Part shown: piece after piece, positions 26,551 to 39,315 of the stretch
How the letters are laid out: the number at the start of each line of letters is the position of its first letter
How positions within the stretch are numbered: the first letter of the stretch is position 1
Source: Eledone cirrhosa
Lineage: Eukaryota
Assembly (NCBI GenBank): GCA_964016885.1
Contig: OZ024763.1
Location: 9,424,001 to 9,488,000 of the forward strand
Direction of reading: 5' to 3'
DNA length: 64,000 nucleotides
The notes under the pieces: generated by a model
What the model was told of the DNA's origin: nothing
Databases searched by the model: none
Seen by the model: only the letters and a program-made list of their open reading frames with translations
Translations under genes and position numbers: made by a program

Positions 26551-26930
26551 TGTGATTATTATTATTACTATATATATATATATATATAATAATTGTTTCT
26601 GCTTTTTATCCCAGTACATTACCGGTACTTTATTTTATCGACCCCGTAAGGATGAAAGGCAAAGTTAACCTTGGCGGGATCTGAACTAAGACCATAAAGG
26701 GGCGTAACTCTATGCATGGCGTCCGACCCTCTACCGATACTGCCAATCCACAATAATAATAATATTTATACTTATATATATAATCTATATACAATTATAA
26801 ATAAGATAAGGGTAATATTTTGTATTACCCAATTACAAGAAAGAAAATTAGCTCAATGTAAATATCAGATATACTACAGAGCAGAAATACAACATAGAAA
26901 ACAATCAAATTTTTGTTTAATGCATTTAAT

Positions 26931-26977
26931 TGCTGACGATCGTTTCTTCCAGACAAATGTCTGGAATCATCAGAGCA
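26931..26977 (-). ncRNA. Minimal type I hammerhead ribozyme, intact core
   Basis: Minus strand reads tgct-CTGATGA-ttccagacatttgtctggaa-GAAA-cgatcg-TC-agca. All three stems pair. Confidence 0.75.
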
Positions 26978-27707
26978 TATACAATGTTAAAACAAATAAA
27001 TAAATCCCTAATCTTTAGAACATTCATTAAGATACATTATAATTAACTAGCAGAAAAACCACTCTTCGTGTGGTTTTCTGCTAGCATGTGTAGTGTGTAT
27101 GTTGATATTATATGCAAGTATATATACATGTAGATATGATACATCAAATAAAATTGTAATTGACAATATACACAGAAATTGAATGAAGACTGTGTTACAC
27201 TGTCTTATGTAATCAGTAACGTAATCCATGATACATTAAAAAAAGACGATATTATATATAAACTGCATTAGGAGAAAATTAGTGACGGAAATATATGAAT
27301 ATTTATTTAAACGAGCGCTAACCGGAAGTGTTGACATTTGAAAATTTTAAAGAAGTGAATCTTTAAATAAGTAATAAATTAATTTAATGAACAGCTACGA
27401 AATTTAGTAGATAAATTATGTAATATTCATTCATTATTTATTCAAAGTAATCCAACTTATTTTACTAAGGGGATAAAAAATTTTAAAACCATACACAATC
27501 CCGCCCTTCTTACTTTATTACAGTTTAGATAGTGTCAGTACCAATATATTGAAGAGTAAGAAGAACAACAGAATATTATAATGAAAAGATAGTAAAATAT
27601 TGAAAAATATTATAAAGAGAGTATTACTTAAAAGTCAATATATCAAGAATATCATACAAAGAATCTAAATAATAGCATAGAGCATTCATTAAGGTAAGAC
27701 CTTAAGG

Positions 27708-27945
27708 TAGGCCAGTCAGTTTCATGTATACACGCGATTAATGGCCGGCTTTGCCATATTCAAATAACTAACAAAAAGTTATGACTGTACGTGGCTGAGT
27801 ACGATAAATGTAATCTGAGTTTTTCGAATATTAATAATAATATTCGATTTGTTTGCAATTATGTACAGTGATAACTTTTTGTTAGTTATTTGAATATGGC
27901 AAAGCCAGCCATTAATCGCTTGTATACATGAAACTGACTGGCCTA
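27708..27945. mobile_element. Palindromic MITE-like element
   Basis: About 85-bp inverted arms (taggccagtcagtttcatgtatac.../...gtatacatgaaactgactggccta). Confidence 0.65.
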
Positions 27946-28139
27946 TCTGCTGATATGCAAATCTGGCTGATCAGTGGATCTGCTAATATGCAGATCTGAC
28001 AGATTAGTCAATCAGCTAATATGCAAATCAGGCCAATCAGTGACTGTATATTTTAGAAAATACCATATATTTTCACTAGCTCTAATAGTTGGCAGGTGAA
28101 TAGTGAACTGGGCTGAAGAAGGGTAATCACCAAGAAACA

Positions 28140-28630
28140 TTGGTGTCTGCAGTTCTAAATGCAAAAGACATAGTAAAATGCACCCAGCATATACTGTAAA
28201 TGCGGAAGGGCATCCAGCCGTAGAAAACCAGCCAGAAACTGTCCTATATGAGCGAGACATGGTCACCTGACGCAACTTGCCTCTAAATGGGACAAACCCA
28301 TCTAACCCATGCTAGTGTTGAAGACGGATGTTAAATGATGATGATGATGATGGTGATATCATCATCATCACCGTTTTACGTCCGTTCTTCCACGTTAGCA
28401 TGGGTTAGACGGGTTGTCCTATTGTGGGCAGTGTCCGGTCAGCTGACCATGCCTTGCTCATATGGGAACTGATTCTGGCTTGATTTCTACAGCTGGATGC
28501 CCTTCCTAACACCAACCTCATTTACAGTGAGTGGTGGGTGCTTTTTTTCCGTGGCGCCTACACGTCCGCTTTACAGTGGGAGGGTGTGGGGGCATATTGT
28601 CTATATGCTTCAGCTTCAGCTTGTACCCGT
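28140..28630. mobile_element. Two RTE 3' UTR fragments, tail to tail
   Basis: (GAT)n meets (CAT)n at about 28357. Both halves match the RTE 3' ends seen elsewhere. Confidence 0.8.
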
Positions 28631-28815
28631 GGGGGGGGGGGGGTCTTCTTAAATATTATAAAGTGAAATGACAGAAGGCCAGATATGTTGAATTTTCTTA
28701 ATTTATTATTACTGTAAATACTGCACATTTCAGTGGCCAGGTTGCGTAAGAATCCAGTGACCTCATCAAGTGTAAATTGTATAATAGATGTATACCAATG
28801 GAATGATGGTAAGCT

Positions 28816-29043
28816 TTAACCCTTTAGCATTTAAACCAGCCATATCCGGCCAGAATTCTCTCACCTCTTTCTCTTCAAACTGGCCCTAAGCGGCCGCTCA
28901 TACTGATGTTAAGGTGTTGTTCTCAAAATAAATAATATCCAAATCTCATAGATTCGTTATTATGTGAGATATTGTGTAAGATAAAGCCTTTACTGTGAAA
29001 ATACAACAGTAAATATAGAGTAATGTAAATGGTAAAGGGTTAA
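28816..29043. mobile_element. piggyBac-type MITE; partial copies at 13060-13332 and 56745-56897
   Basis: TTAA-ccctttagcattta ... taaatggtaaaggg-TTAA termini. Confidence 0.7.
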
Positions 29044-30094
29044 GGAAACAAGCAAAGAAAAACAAAGTGGAAAAAGTGTGTGTGTTATGCTTTTGACCCA
29101 GAGACAGACGTAGTAGCATGCTGCCACATTGCTATGTATGTAGGTGTGTGCATGTGTGTATATATGTATGTTCAATGAAGCTAATACTGAAAATACATAT
29201 GTATATATATACATATATGTGTGCGTGTGTGTGTGTTGATGTATTCCAATGAAGCAAAACTGAAAACTCTCAATAGAGTAGAAAAAAGTTTATATCAGTT
29301 AAAATGTGTTAAAAACATTTAAGGTGGTTATTGGCAAGTCGATGCTCTCTCTCTGATCTAGATCTTCCCAGTTTGTACCACCACCAACCCCAACTACCAT
29401 CACCACCTACCACCCCCACCAACCATACCACCCCCACCACATCACCACATATATTATATGTCTGTCCACTACATATGTATGTCACACATACTATATCTCC
29501 CTCCACATGGACACACATACAACTCTTTTATGTCTGAGCTTGATATATTTCTTTGTTTCTGTCTCCATAGCATTGGCAGTTGAAATATAAAGGTAGACAC
29601 AAACAGATCAAAAGACAAAAAGAAAGTAAAAATTTAAAAAAAGCAAACTAAAAGACCCCTTTCCTAGAGAAGAAAGGATAAAAATGAGAAACTAGAAGAT
29701 AATTTGATAAGGGCTATAATGACCCAAGTCTGAGCCCCTAGGTTTTCAGGTTCTTTGGGGCCCCTCTAACACGGCTATCTTTCATCCCTTTCGAAATGAC
29801 AGTCTTGACTATATTAACGCATGTCTGAGAACCCAGGCATTCAGATATTGCACAGTTCCCTCTAGCACTTCAATCTTTTGGCCCACTACAGCTGACGGCC
29901 AGAGCTGTATTAATCCATGATTTCAGGTATTTTGAGCTTCTTCTGGCATTTTAATCTTTCACTCACTATAGCAAATAAATAAATAAATTCACAAGCCCTT
30001 AGTCAACCTTATGAATAATATGACCCTAAACACCACTCATTATAGATATCGGACCTTACAAGACAATATATGAACACCACCTGGGCTGTAAAAC

Positions 30095-30320
30095 AATAAA
30101 AGGCAGTGCTCCAGTATTGCCACAGTATGGCCACAAACTAATGGCAGAAACCAGTAAAAGAAATAAAGAAGGCGATACCCCAACATGGCCACAGTCAAAT
30201 GACTGAAACCAGTAAAAGAATAAAAAGTATTGTCCCAGCATAGCCACAGTTTAATAACTGAAGCCAGTTAAAGATTAGAAGAAGGTGGTGACCCAGCATT
30301 GTCGCAGAATAAAAGAACAG
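30095..30320. repeat. ~58-bp degenerate tandem repeat abutting a splice donor
   Basis: Repeated cccagcatggccacagt..ctgaaaccagtaaaagaataaa. Confidence 0.6.
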
Positions 30321-30327
30321 GGATTAC

Positions 30328-30493
30328 CTTTTCTTCTTCACGCCATTCTTGTTCTTTGATGTCAAGGTCCTCCCGAGTGATTTGGAAATCAGAGGTGAGT
30401 TTCTGAATGTCTGTAGTGAGGCTTTCATTGGCAGATGTTGCTTGGTCTAACTGCTCTCGTAACATAGCATTGACGTGGGCAAGGCCTGAGCTC
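30328..30493 (-). CDS. CROCC: Rootletin exon
   Basis: 166 nt, phase 2-0. SSGLAHVNAMLREQLDQA...WREEEK is part of the rootletin domain. Confidence 0.92.
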
Positions 30494-30633
30494 CTGTAAA
30501 AAAGGTGAGGAGAAAATATTATTTTTTAACTTATCAAATATAAGGTCCTTGACATGAGCCCCTATAATAAAGATATATATATATATAGAGAGAGAGAGAG
30601 AGGGGGAGGGAGAGAGAGAGAAATTCAATATAC

Positions 30634-30752
30634 CTTTGTTGTTCTTCCTCGAGCCGAATGAGGGCTGTTTGAAGATCTAGGCTGGCTAAATTCATTTCTC
30701 CTATTTGAGTGATGTTACCACTCTCCAGTGGTTTAATGTAAGAGTCAGATAA
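30634..30752 (-). CDS. CROCC: Rootletin exon
   Basis: 119 nt, phase 0-2. Encodes ...LDLQTALIRLEEEQQ(R). Confidence 0.88.
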
Positions 30753-31773
30753 CTGGTAGAGAGAGATGGAGAGAGAATATTGATGTAATTAATAATACAG
30801 ATAAACTACACAATAACATCAATAGACTCTAAACAACAGACATACTATGTACACACACTCATATATATATAGGTCCAACCTAATATGCATGGTAAAAAAG
30901 ACATAAAACGGTGATCATGCCTATATATATATATATCATTTCAGTCAATTGGTTTATAATTAATGTGGAAGAGGCAATGTCCGTATATATTGATTGACAA
31001 ATGGTAACGCTACATATCAACCAATGAAAATATGTTTATGATTTTACTTGCAAAAATATTAAACTGCTCATATACCCCCCCCCCCCCCCCACTCCCAGAA
31101 AAGAATAGTCTGTTATGGTAAATGTGTAGTTTATTTTTATTTGCCTCTCTCTTGATATTGTTATATTTGGGAGTGTCATGCTGCAGTTGACACATGCGAC
31201 AGTTGAGTTTCACTTGAATTTTATCATTAGTTAAGTAAAGGGCAGTGCACTGGTAGTATCAATAGAGTGTCATACAACATGCTTTGCAGCATATAGTTAT
31301 GTCCCTCTATGTTCTGATGACCCTGCTTCTCACAGGGTCATCAGATAACCATTTGAGTAGCAGATGGAACTTTAGAGTAACCAGACTCACTATTTAGCCT
31401 TAACAAATGAATATTTAAACTCTACTTCATTATTGAGTACTCCTTTCTGTCAAGGGGTCAACACAGATGTGTTTATAGAATGAAACATTTATTAACTTTG
31501 TTTCTTTTCCTAACAGTAGGTGGGGGGAGAATGAGAAGGGTAAGGGGGATGGAATGGAAAAGAGGGAGAGAATAACGGTAGGAGAAGGGGTGCACAAATG
31601 TAATGGCCCTGTTTACCTGTTCTGACATGTTTGTCAACTAAATAATTTGTTCTTGCATTGAAGCTGCAGAGGACATTCCACAGCATGGAACACACACACG
31701 ACATTGTTTCATGAGGGTAACCACACTAAAATAATATATATATATATACTTACATACATATATATATATATAT

Positions 31774-32367
31774 ATAAATGGAAAAAATGAAATTTCATTT
31801 CTCACTCTTAGTACGGCTGATACTTAAATATAAGTATGTATAAGTACATACATATATGTATACAGACGTACAGTAGTATGTATATACATACATACATGCA
31901 CACATATATATATGTACGTATGGGTTTACCAAACATTTATTATAATGCTCGGTTTGTTTGTAAACAAACAGCCCGATACGCAAATTAGGCTGCTCAGCCG
32001 TTAATATGCATAAGGAAAGTATATACTTTCAAACGTTCAATCGACTGACAGGAAGGTATACGGTGCTGATGACAGCTAATAAGCTAGAAACTAGTTCATC
32101 GTTCCCTTGTCAGTGATGAACAAAAGGGCAACGATGGTTGCCAAACACTGTACGGCTTAATTCAGGCTGTTTGTTTACAAACAAACCGAGCATTATAATA
32201 AATGTTCTGTAAACCCATACGTACATATATATATGTGTACATGTATATATATATATATACATACCACTGTACGTCTGTATACATATATGTATGTACGTAT
32301 ACATACTTATATTTAAGTATCAGCCATACTAAGAGTGAGAAATGAAATTTCATTTTTTCCATTTATA
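31774..32367. mobile_element. Fold-back element with hammerhead in its spacer
   Basis: About 200-bp inverted arms at 31774-31976 and 32162-32367; (TA)n flank on the left. Confidence 0.7.
32044..32114 (+). ncRNA. Type I hammerhead with extended stem I
   Basis: cggtg-CTGATGA-cagctaataagcta-GAAA-ctag-TT-catcg. Distal actgacag pairs with ttgtcagt. Confidence 0.65.
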
Positions 32368-32379
32368 TTAAAATGTAAA

Positions 32380-32760
32380 AATAAAAAACGATGCAAAATA
32401 AAATTAAATGATATGTTCTTTCTTAACTCGTTTAAGTGTCTAGATTGGGCATGTGTGGAGCAGTCATAGAAGCCACACTGCTCCATGCAGCTCTAATCTA
32501 TTGTTTATTTGTGGTTTCTGTGTTGATGATTAAGGCCTCTTAAATTCCCTATAGAAGCGACAGAAAGGTATGTGGGGAAATTAAGAATTAAAGAGGCTCG
32601 AATCATCACACACAGAAACCACAAATAAACAATAGATTAGGGCTACATCGAACAGAGTGGCCTCTATGACTGCTCCACACATGTCCAATCCAGACACTTG
32701 GACCACTTAAAGAACACAGTGTTCGTTTTTGTTTTGCATTGTTTTTTTATTTTGTATTTG
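32380..32760. mobile_element. Diverged palindromic element
   Basis: Inverted arms aagtgtctagattgggcatgtgtggagcagtcataga.../...tctatgactgctccacacatgtccaatccagacactt. Confidence 0.65.
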
Positions 32761-32939
32761 AAAAAAGGTTTATAACCTTGAAATATTATATTGAAATATA
32801 ATGGACTAGGAAAACATTAATTTGTTTTATTTGTCATTTTTTGCCTTTTATATTTCCACTGCATTGTACTTGTTTTCTGAAATATTTATCAATCATTTAT
32901 TACACACACACACATACACATATATATATATATACATAA

Positions 32940-33235
32940 AGTTATGTTGGTGCCGCGCCTTCGAGGCCGAAACAAATGAGATCGTGTAGGTGTCACGACA
33001 AAAAAACACACAGTCCACGCTGTAATGTGGCCGTGTAGGCAACACGGTAAAAACCTCCCAGACCCACACTGTAAATGTGGTTGGTGTTAGGAAGGGCATC
33101 CAACTGTAGAAAACCTGCCAGACAGTCCTATGCGAGCAAGACAATCACTCTTGCCTCAAGTGGGACTACCCCCGTCCAAACCCATGCAAGCGTGGAACAC
33201 GGACGTTAAACGTTGATGATGATGATGATGATGAT
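32940..33235 (+). mobile_element. RTE 3' UTR fragment
   Basis: Matches the 3' end of the copy at 36660-37698; (GAT)n tail. Confidence 0.8.
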
Positions 33236-33249
33236 ACATACATACATAC

Positions 33250-35715
33250 ACACAAGATTTGTCTCAACAGTCAGGGTAGTGATTTTCCTATGTTGAACAT
33301 GGTGACACAGCACCTCATTGATGTATATAAGCATGTTGGTTATGACATTGGTTGCATGTACATACTTGTTTCAACATGATCAATTGAGTCAGTTGTGAGT
33401 TATGCTGTTTACGTACAGACATGTATATAACCTTTATTATGTTTGCGATGCAGGAAAATATTGAACTATGGTATGTGATCAAATTTTGTGTGAAACACAA
33501 CAAACCTGCCACCAAAACATTTAATGTTTTAACACAAGCTTATGGAGATACCACTCTATCAAGGAGTAAGGTTTATAAGAGGGACAAAGCTTTCAAAGAA
33601 AGCCAAGAAAATGTTGAAGACAAAACTAGTTCTTCTGGAAGGCCAATTTCATCAACGAATGAACAATATGTGGTAGTGGTGCAAGCGGTGACGGCAAAAG
33701 ATCACTGATTAAATGTTGGGATGATTGCAGAAGGACCAGGCTTGGATAAAAATGTAGTTCACAATTTTAACAGACCATTTAAATATGCGAAAATTTTGTG
33801 CTAAACTAGTGTCACACTTATCAGTGGAACAAAAAGCGAACCGGTTGGAAATTTGTCAGGATTTCCTAGAAAGACTCAAAATTGAGCCAAATTTCTTTCA
33901 TAAACGAATAACAGGGGATGAATCATGGGTGTTTAAGTACAATCCAGAGACAAAACAGCAAAATGAGAAGTGGCACATGAAAAATTCTCATCTGAAGAAA
34001 GTATGCAGAGCAGATCCAGAGTGAAAACAATGATTTTCAGTTTTCTTTCGGCAGTCATGATATTGTTCACAAAGAATTTTTACTTCTGGGACAGACAGTT
34101 AATGGCACCTTCTACAAAGATGTCTTGGAATCAAGACCATCATCATCATTATACGTCCACTTTTCGCTGATTGCCCAATAAGCACAGCATCTCTCCATTT
34201 GTCCCGGTCCTTCGTCATCGTCAGCGATCTGAGGTCAGCTCCCACTACCTCCGCTCATGATTTTCGTGGTCTTCCTCTACTGCATCTTCCTTCTACTGGG
34301 ATTTTGTGGCACTTCTTTACCCAGCGGTCATCCTCCATGCGTATCACATGTCCATACCATCGCAGTCTTCTCTCCCACACACTACAGCTAATCCCTCTTA
34401 TACACAGTTTCTATCTCAACTCGTCTAGGCTTGGTCGTTCACACACATTGACATTGCACAGCCAACGGAGCATGCGTGCTTCATTTCTCTCCAGCCGTCG
34501 CATATCCTCCGCGGTTGCTGCCTATGTCTCACACAGGCATCATACAACCAGCCTTTCGTTCATAGGGACAAAACTTTCTTTGTCAACAGAGGAAGCAGCT
34601 CCCTAAACTTCTTCCAACCCACCCTTATTCTAGATACTATGGCCTCGGAGCACCCTCCTCCCTTGTTAATCTGATCACCTAGGTACCGGAAGCTATCAAC
34701 CACCTCTATAGATCCTACCTGCAATTGAAAAATGTGTCTATCAATGCGACTTCTAATGTCAAATTTCCCTGTACATCTACTACATATGTAGTTTTCCCTA
34801 CCTGTTAGTTTGCCTGCTATCCCACTACATCTCTTGTGTACCCAAGATCTGCATTGTGTACATTCTATAGAGTTTATGCCAATTCCTTTTCTGCATATCG
34901 AACACGGCCATTTCCCTGATGGAATCAGAGTTTTGTCCTCTTTTCTACTTATCAACATTTTAGTCTTAGCTAGGTTAACTCTCAGTCCTCTTGATTCCAA
35001 CTGCAGTTTCCATAGCCAGAATTTATTCTCTAGCTCCTCTACTGATTCTGCTATAAGTACCAGATCATCAGCATAGAAAAGTTCCCATGGACAGCCAGTC
35101 TTAAACTCCTCTGTCATGGCTTGGAGGACTATAATGAACAAGAGCAGGCTGAGGACCAAACTCTGATGCACTCCTACTTGTATCTGGAATTCCTCACTAA
35201 ACTCCATTCCTACCCTGACTTTACTGACAGCACCTCTGTACAAAGTTTGCACTGTCCTCACAAGCCATTCCTCAATAACTAGTTTCCTTAGGGACCACCA
35301 GATGACAGATCGGAGTACTCTATCAAAAGCCTTCTCTAGGTCCACAAAAGCTAAGTATAGTGGCTTATTCTTCTCTAAGAACCTCTTTTGTAGTTGTCTC
35401 ACTAAGAAGAGGGCATCTGTTGTACTTTTCCCCAGGCACAATTTGACCATTTCTCTAATTAGTTGCGCTAGTATTCTTTCTGCCACTTTCATAACCTGAT
35501 CCATCAGTTTTATGCCCCTATAATTGCTCCTCTCCAAAGCATCCCCTTTACCTTTGTAGCAATTTATAAGAATACTGCTGCATGAGTTTGAAAATAGGTC
35601 CAGTGAGTCCAAAAGGACATTGGGTACTGCACCTACAATAACAAGCTTCTCACACAACTCTTGCAATTGAAGAATTTCTGGTGAAGAAAACATTCCCCCT
35701 CTTCCACATCCCAGA
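33250..35715 (+). mobile_element. Degenerate mariner transposon split by an RTE insertion
   Basis: IKFCVK..QAYGDTTLSRSKVY and ITGDESWVFKYNPETKQQ before 34135. WVLH...EEFLVKK..IPPLPHP resumes at 35582-35712. Confidence 0.82.
34138..35581 (-). mobile_element. RTE LINE (distinct subfamily) nested in mariner
   Basis: NYRGIKL, FVDLEKAFD, YADD and the Cys finger; (CAT)n tail at 34138. Confidence 0.92.
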
Positions 35716-36659
35716 AGAAAATGAAAATAAAAAGGGGAAGAATAATTAATTTTCACATACATGTTCATTCAGAGAAGAGAGGTCATTTCTCTGCCCATCC
35801 TACTCTGCTTATAGCTTGGTTGTGACAGGTAGTAGGAGAGGGTAGAAGAGGAAGGAGGAGTGTTGGCAGGCTGCTGTGAGAAGCCCTTTGAGGAGTGGAT
35901 ACAAGTTCCAGCTGGGATTGGTTTGAAAGGCCGGGTGACCTTAGAGTTGACTTGGGGGGGGGGGGGGGGCGCTTCTAAAACCATCTATCTTGGTATTTTT
36001 CTTAGAAGAAATCATCAACATTCACCTTGTTATTTTACCACAAAGAAGTTTCAGAGTTATTGAAATACTAATTCCATCCCTAGCAGATATTTCAGATTTA
36101 GGGGAATGGAGAAAATTTTGCCACAAAAAGGGGTTCAGAGCCATTGGAATGCCCATTCTATCTTGAGCAGAAACTTCCAGATTCAGGGGAATGTAAAGCA
36201 TTTAGTTTGCCACCTGAATGCTTCCATTTATCCGATTATCTTCATGGAAGTCCTCCAGTGCTAGCTGATTTGGGTGTTTCTATGTGGCTGCTTGGTCTGC
36301 ATTATATAGTTGTCAGAGGTTGCTGGAATCTTGGAGAAGGATACATTGCTAAAGGGTCAATTTGTCTAGGGTGTTAATTTTAAAGTGTGCCAGCTTTAGT
36401 TTAGTCCGAAGTGGAAGCATTTAGAAGGGGTTCATATTTGGCGATAAATTGTGATTCCTTGCTAATGCGCTGACTAAACAGCCATGTGCTCTCCTTCTGT
36501 AAATTTTTACTATTTTTTCCTTTTCTTACTCTCATCTATCTTTCTATTTCTTCTATATCCCATTCTAATTTCTGATGAAACGTCTGAAACATGAAGATTC
36601 TTTTCAAACTATATCAAGTGTTAATCTAATACATATCATTTTACTGTATCATTTTATAA

Positions 36660-37698
36660 GTGGCCGGTGCTCAGGTTCAATAAGTAGTAGCAAGTGCCCA
36701 CAGGATACTAGCTCCTTCTATTGCCCAGATGGTTCTATAGAAATAGTGGAGACCTTTCGTTACCTGGGTGACATAATCACCAGTGGTGGAGGATGTTCTG
36801 AAAGTACAGTAGCCGGAGTCAGAACGGGATGGAAAAAGCTCAGAGAGCTTATACCACTGTTGGCCGCTAAAGGTTTCTCTCTAAAAATGAAATGCAGACT
36901 GTGATGCCTGCATACGAGCAGCAATGTTGTATGGCAGTGAGACATGGGCATTACGTGCAGAGGACCTGTGCAGACTGGAGAGGAACGAGGCTTGCATGCT
37001 CCGTTGGATGTGTAATAGTAATGTGCGTGATCGGCAAAGCATAGATGAACTGAGTGAGAAATTAGGAATAAGAGGGATCAGATGCTGTTTACTTGAGAGA
37101 AGACTACGTTGGTATGGTCACGTGATGCGCATGAGGGACGACAGCTGTATAAAAAGTGCAAGGTGAACAAAATTGATGGTAGTTACGAAGTAGGTAGACC
37201 CAGAAAAACCTGGGACGATCTGATAAATTCCGACCTCACACACTTACACCTCTCTAAGACAATGTCACTGGACTGAGATCTTTGGCGCTACGCAGTAATA
37301 CAGAAGACCCGCCTTGCCTATGTACAAAGTGAAACCTACAGTTAGTTGGCACCTCTTAACCAAATATACACCCCCATCCCACTACTCCCACCCCTTTCTC
37401 TGTAAAGTTATGTGGGTACCAGAACATCCAGTCCTAAATAAATGAGGTTGTGTAGTGTCACAACAAGAAAACACACAGTTCCCGCTGTAATGTGGCCTTG
37501 TAGGTAACAAGGTAAAAACCTCCCAGTCCACGCGGTAAATGTGGTTGGTGTTAGGAAGGGCATCCAGCTGTAGAAAACCTGCCAGAGAGTCCTATACAAG
37601 CAAGACAACCAATCTTGCCTCAAGTGGGACAATTCCCGTCTAAACCCATGCTAGCGTTGAAGATAGACGTTAAATGATGATGATGATGATGATGATGA
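36660..37698 (+). mobile_element. 5'-truncated RTE LINE
   Basis: FRYLGD, MLYGSETW and RRLRWYGHV; (GAT)n tail. Confidence 0.92.
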
Positions 37699-37775
37699 TA
37701 TATATATATACACATATATTTCGTTTCTGAATTTGTTTAGCAAGATTCTTTATCTGAAAACGTGTGTTGAAACCG

Positions 37776-38131
37776 ATATTGTTATACTTTGGGAGGGTCA
37801 TGTTGCCAATAAGAAACACACGCACCAGTTGCTTTCACTCCAATTTATTATAAATTAAATTTATAAATTTCCGGTTGGTTGGTTGGTTCCACAACCGGAC
37901 GGTTATTCATATATTGTCAAAGTTCTTTCGTCACACATTCTGTGACCTCCCAGTCACTGAAGAGGTCACCGAATGTGTGACGAAAGAACTTTGACAATAT
38001 ATGAACAACCGTCCGGTTGTGGAAACAACCAACCAACCAGAAATTTACAAATTTCTTAAATTTATAATAAATTGGAGTGAAAGCAACTGGTGCGTGTGTT
38101 TCTTATTGGCAACATGACCCTCCCAAAGTAT

Positions 38132-38139
<8 letters not shown>
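37776..38139. mobile_element. Palindromic element centred on a hammerhead-like core
   Basis: About 175-bp inverted arms. The centre reads gtca-CTGAAGA-ggtcac...gtgac-GAAA-gaac-TT-tgac (37953-37995), the same motif family as the PLE core at 20453. Confidence 0.7.
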
Positions 38140-38174
<35 letters not shown>

Positions 38175-38177
<3 letters not shown>

Positions 38178-39042
38178 GGTGCGGACGATATTTGTTCGCA
38201 AGATTACTGTCTAGTAAAAAATAACACAGTGGTTTTATTTTTTAAGATATATTTATCAAACTTGGGTCAGTTTGTCTTCATGACTTATTCTTTCGATTTC
38301 ACTCGATAAACCCACCATTGGCTTTGCTGACGGCCTTGGAACCGGCTACAGGCCTTCGTCACTGTCCCCCGACTTAGGCCCCTAAAGGCACTTGTGATCA
38401 TGGCCTTCAGATCGTCTTTCGAATTGCAGCTAGATCTATTGGTGTCTCGTTCCACTGCGCCCCACACAAAGAAGAAGTCGAGGGAGTTGCAGTCAGGCGA
38501 GCTGGGAGGCCAGATGTCAGGTGAAGTGTGGTCGACGAAGCCAGACTTGGGTCTTTCGGCTGGTATGGCAGGGCGCTGAGTCTTGCTGGTACACGTACGG
38601 CCTACCTGCAGCTACCTGGTCGATCCAGGGCTTTACTACTTCGCTCAGAACGCGGATGTAGCAATCGGTGTTCAGCTTGAAGCCCTCAGGGAAGAAGTGA
38701 GGTGGCATGACGTCACCTTGACTGCTGACGACACCTAAGACCAATGTTGTCGCCGGAAACTTTGTCTGCATGACTCTGGGCACGTCTTTGGATGAGACAG
38801 CGAGCCACCTGTTGTTCTACAGAAGTCTGAAATTTCCTTATTTGTCCTCCCGGCACGGATTCCAAGAACTCCGTGTCTCTTCCACAAATTTGGAGGTTCA
38901 AAATTATTCATAATCAATTATTCTGAAAATAAATAATGGAAATATAGTCACTGTTTTTATGAAGACAAGAGTGACAACGGAAGTAAAAAATTTGCATAAA
39001 ATCAGCAGTTGAAAATTGCGAACAAATATCGTCCACACCCTG
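38175..39042 (-). mobile_element. Internally deleted Tc1/mariner (maT/DD37D-like) element
   Basis: 27-bp TIRs CAGGGTG(C/T)GGACGATATTTGTTCGCAA with TA flanks. Transposase motifs GDVMPPHFF, QQDSAPCH and WPPSSPDCNSLD. Confidence 0.9.
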
Positions 39043-39279
39043 TATATGTATATATATACATACATTTACACATATATATATATACTTATATATATATATA
39101 TATATATAGATATGTCTCATTTGAAATAATACAGCCAATTTTCCACGCAATACTTTTAGTTAGCACCCCGAACACATAATTGGGAATATAATCACTTATT
39201 TCCTAATGTTTGTTGAGTGAGTTGGAATTTGGCCGGAGTATCGCTAAAAAGCTTTCTCCGATATTGTATTTATTATATA

Positions 39280-39299
<20 letters not shown>

Positions 39300-39315
<16 letters not shown>

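Noticed and set aside
31312-31346. Hammerhead at ctgatgaccctg...cagggtcatcag
   Set aside because: It is only a small hairpin with CTGATGA on each strand; there is no GAAA or stem III.
34560-35768. 402-aa ORF as a novel host-RT fusion gene
   Set aside because: The N-terminal ~60 aa are mostly the antisense of the mariner remnant. The RT part has deletions.
35769-36500. Possible alternative exon or retrogene in the long intron
   Set aside because: The longer reading frames are broken by stops and no convincing splice pair was found. Part of it (RISKESQFIAKYEPLLN) looks like a decayed Penelope C-terminus.
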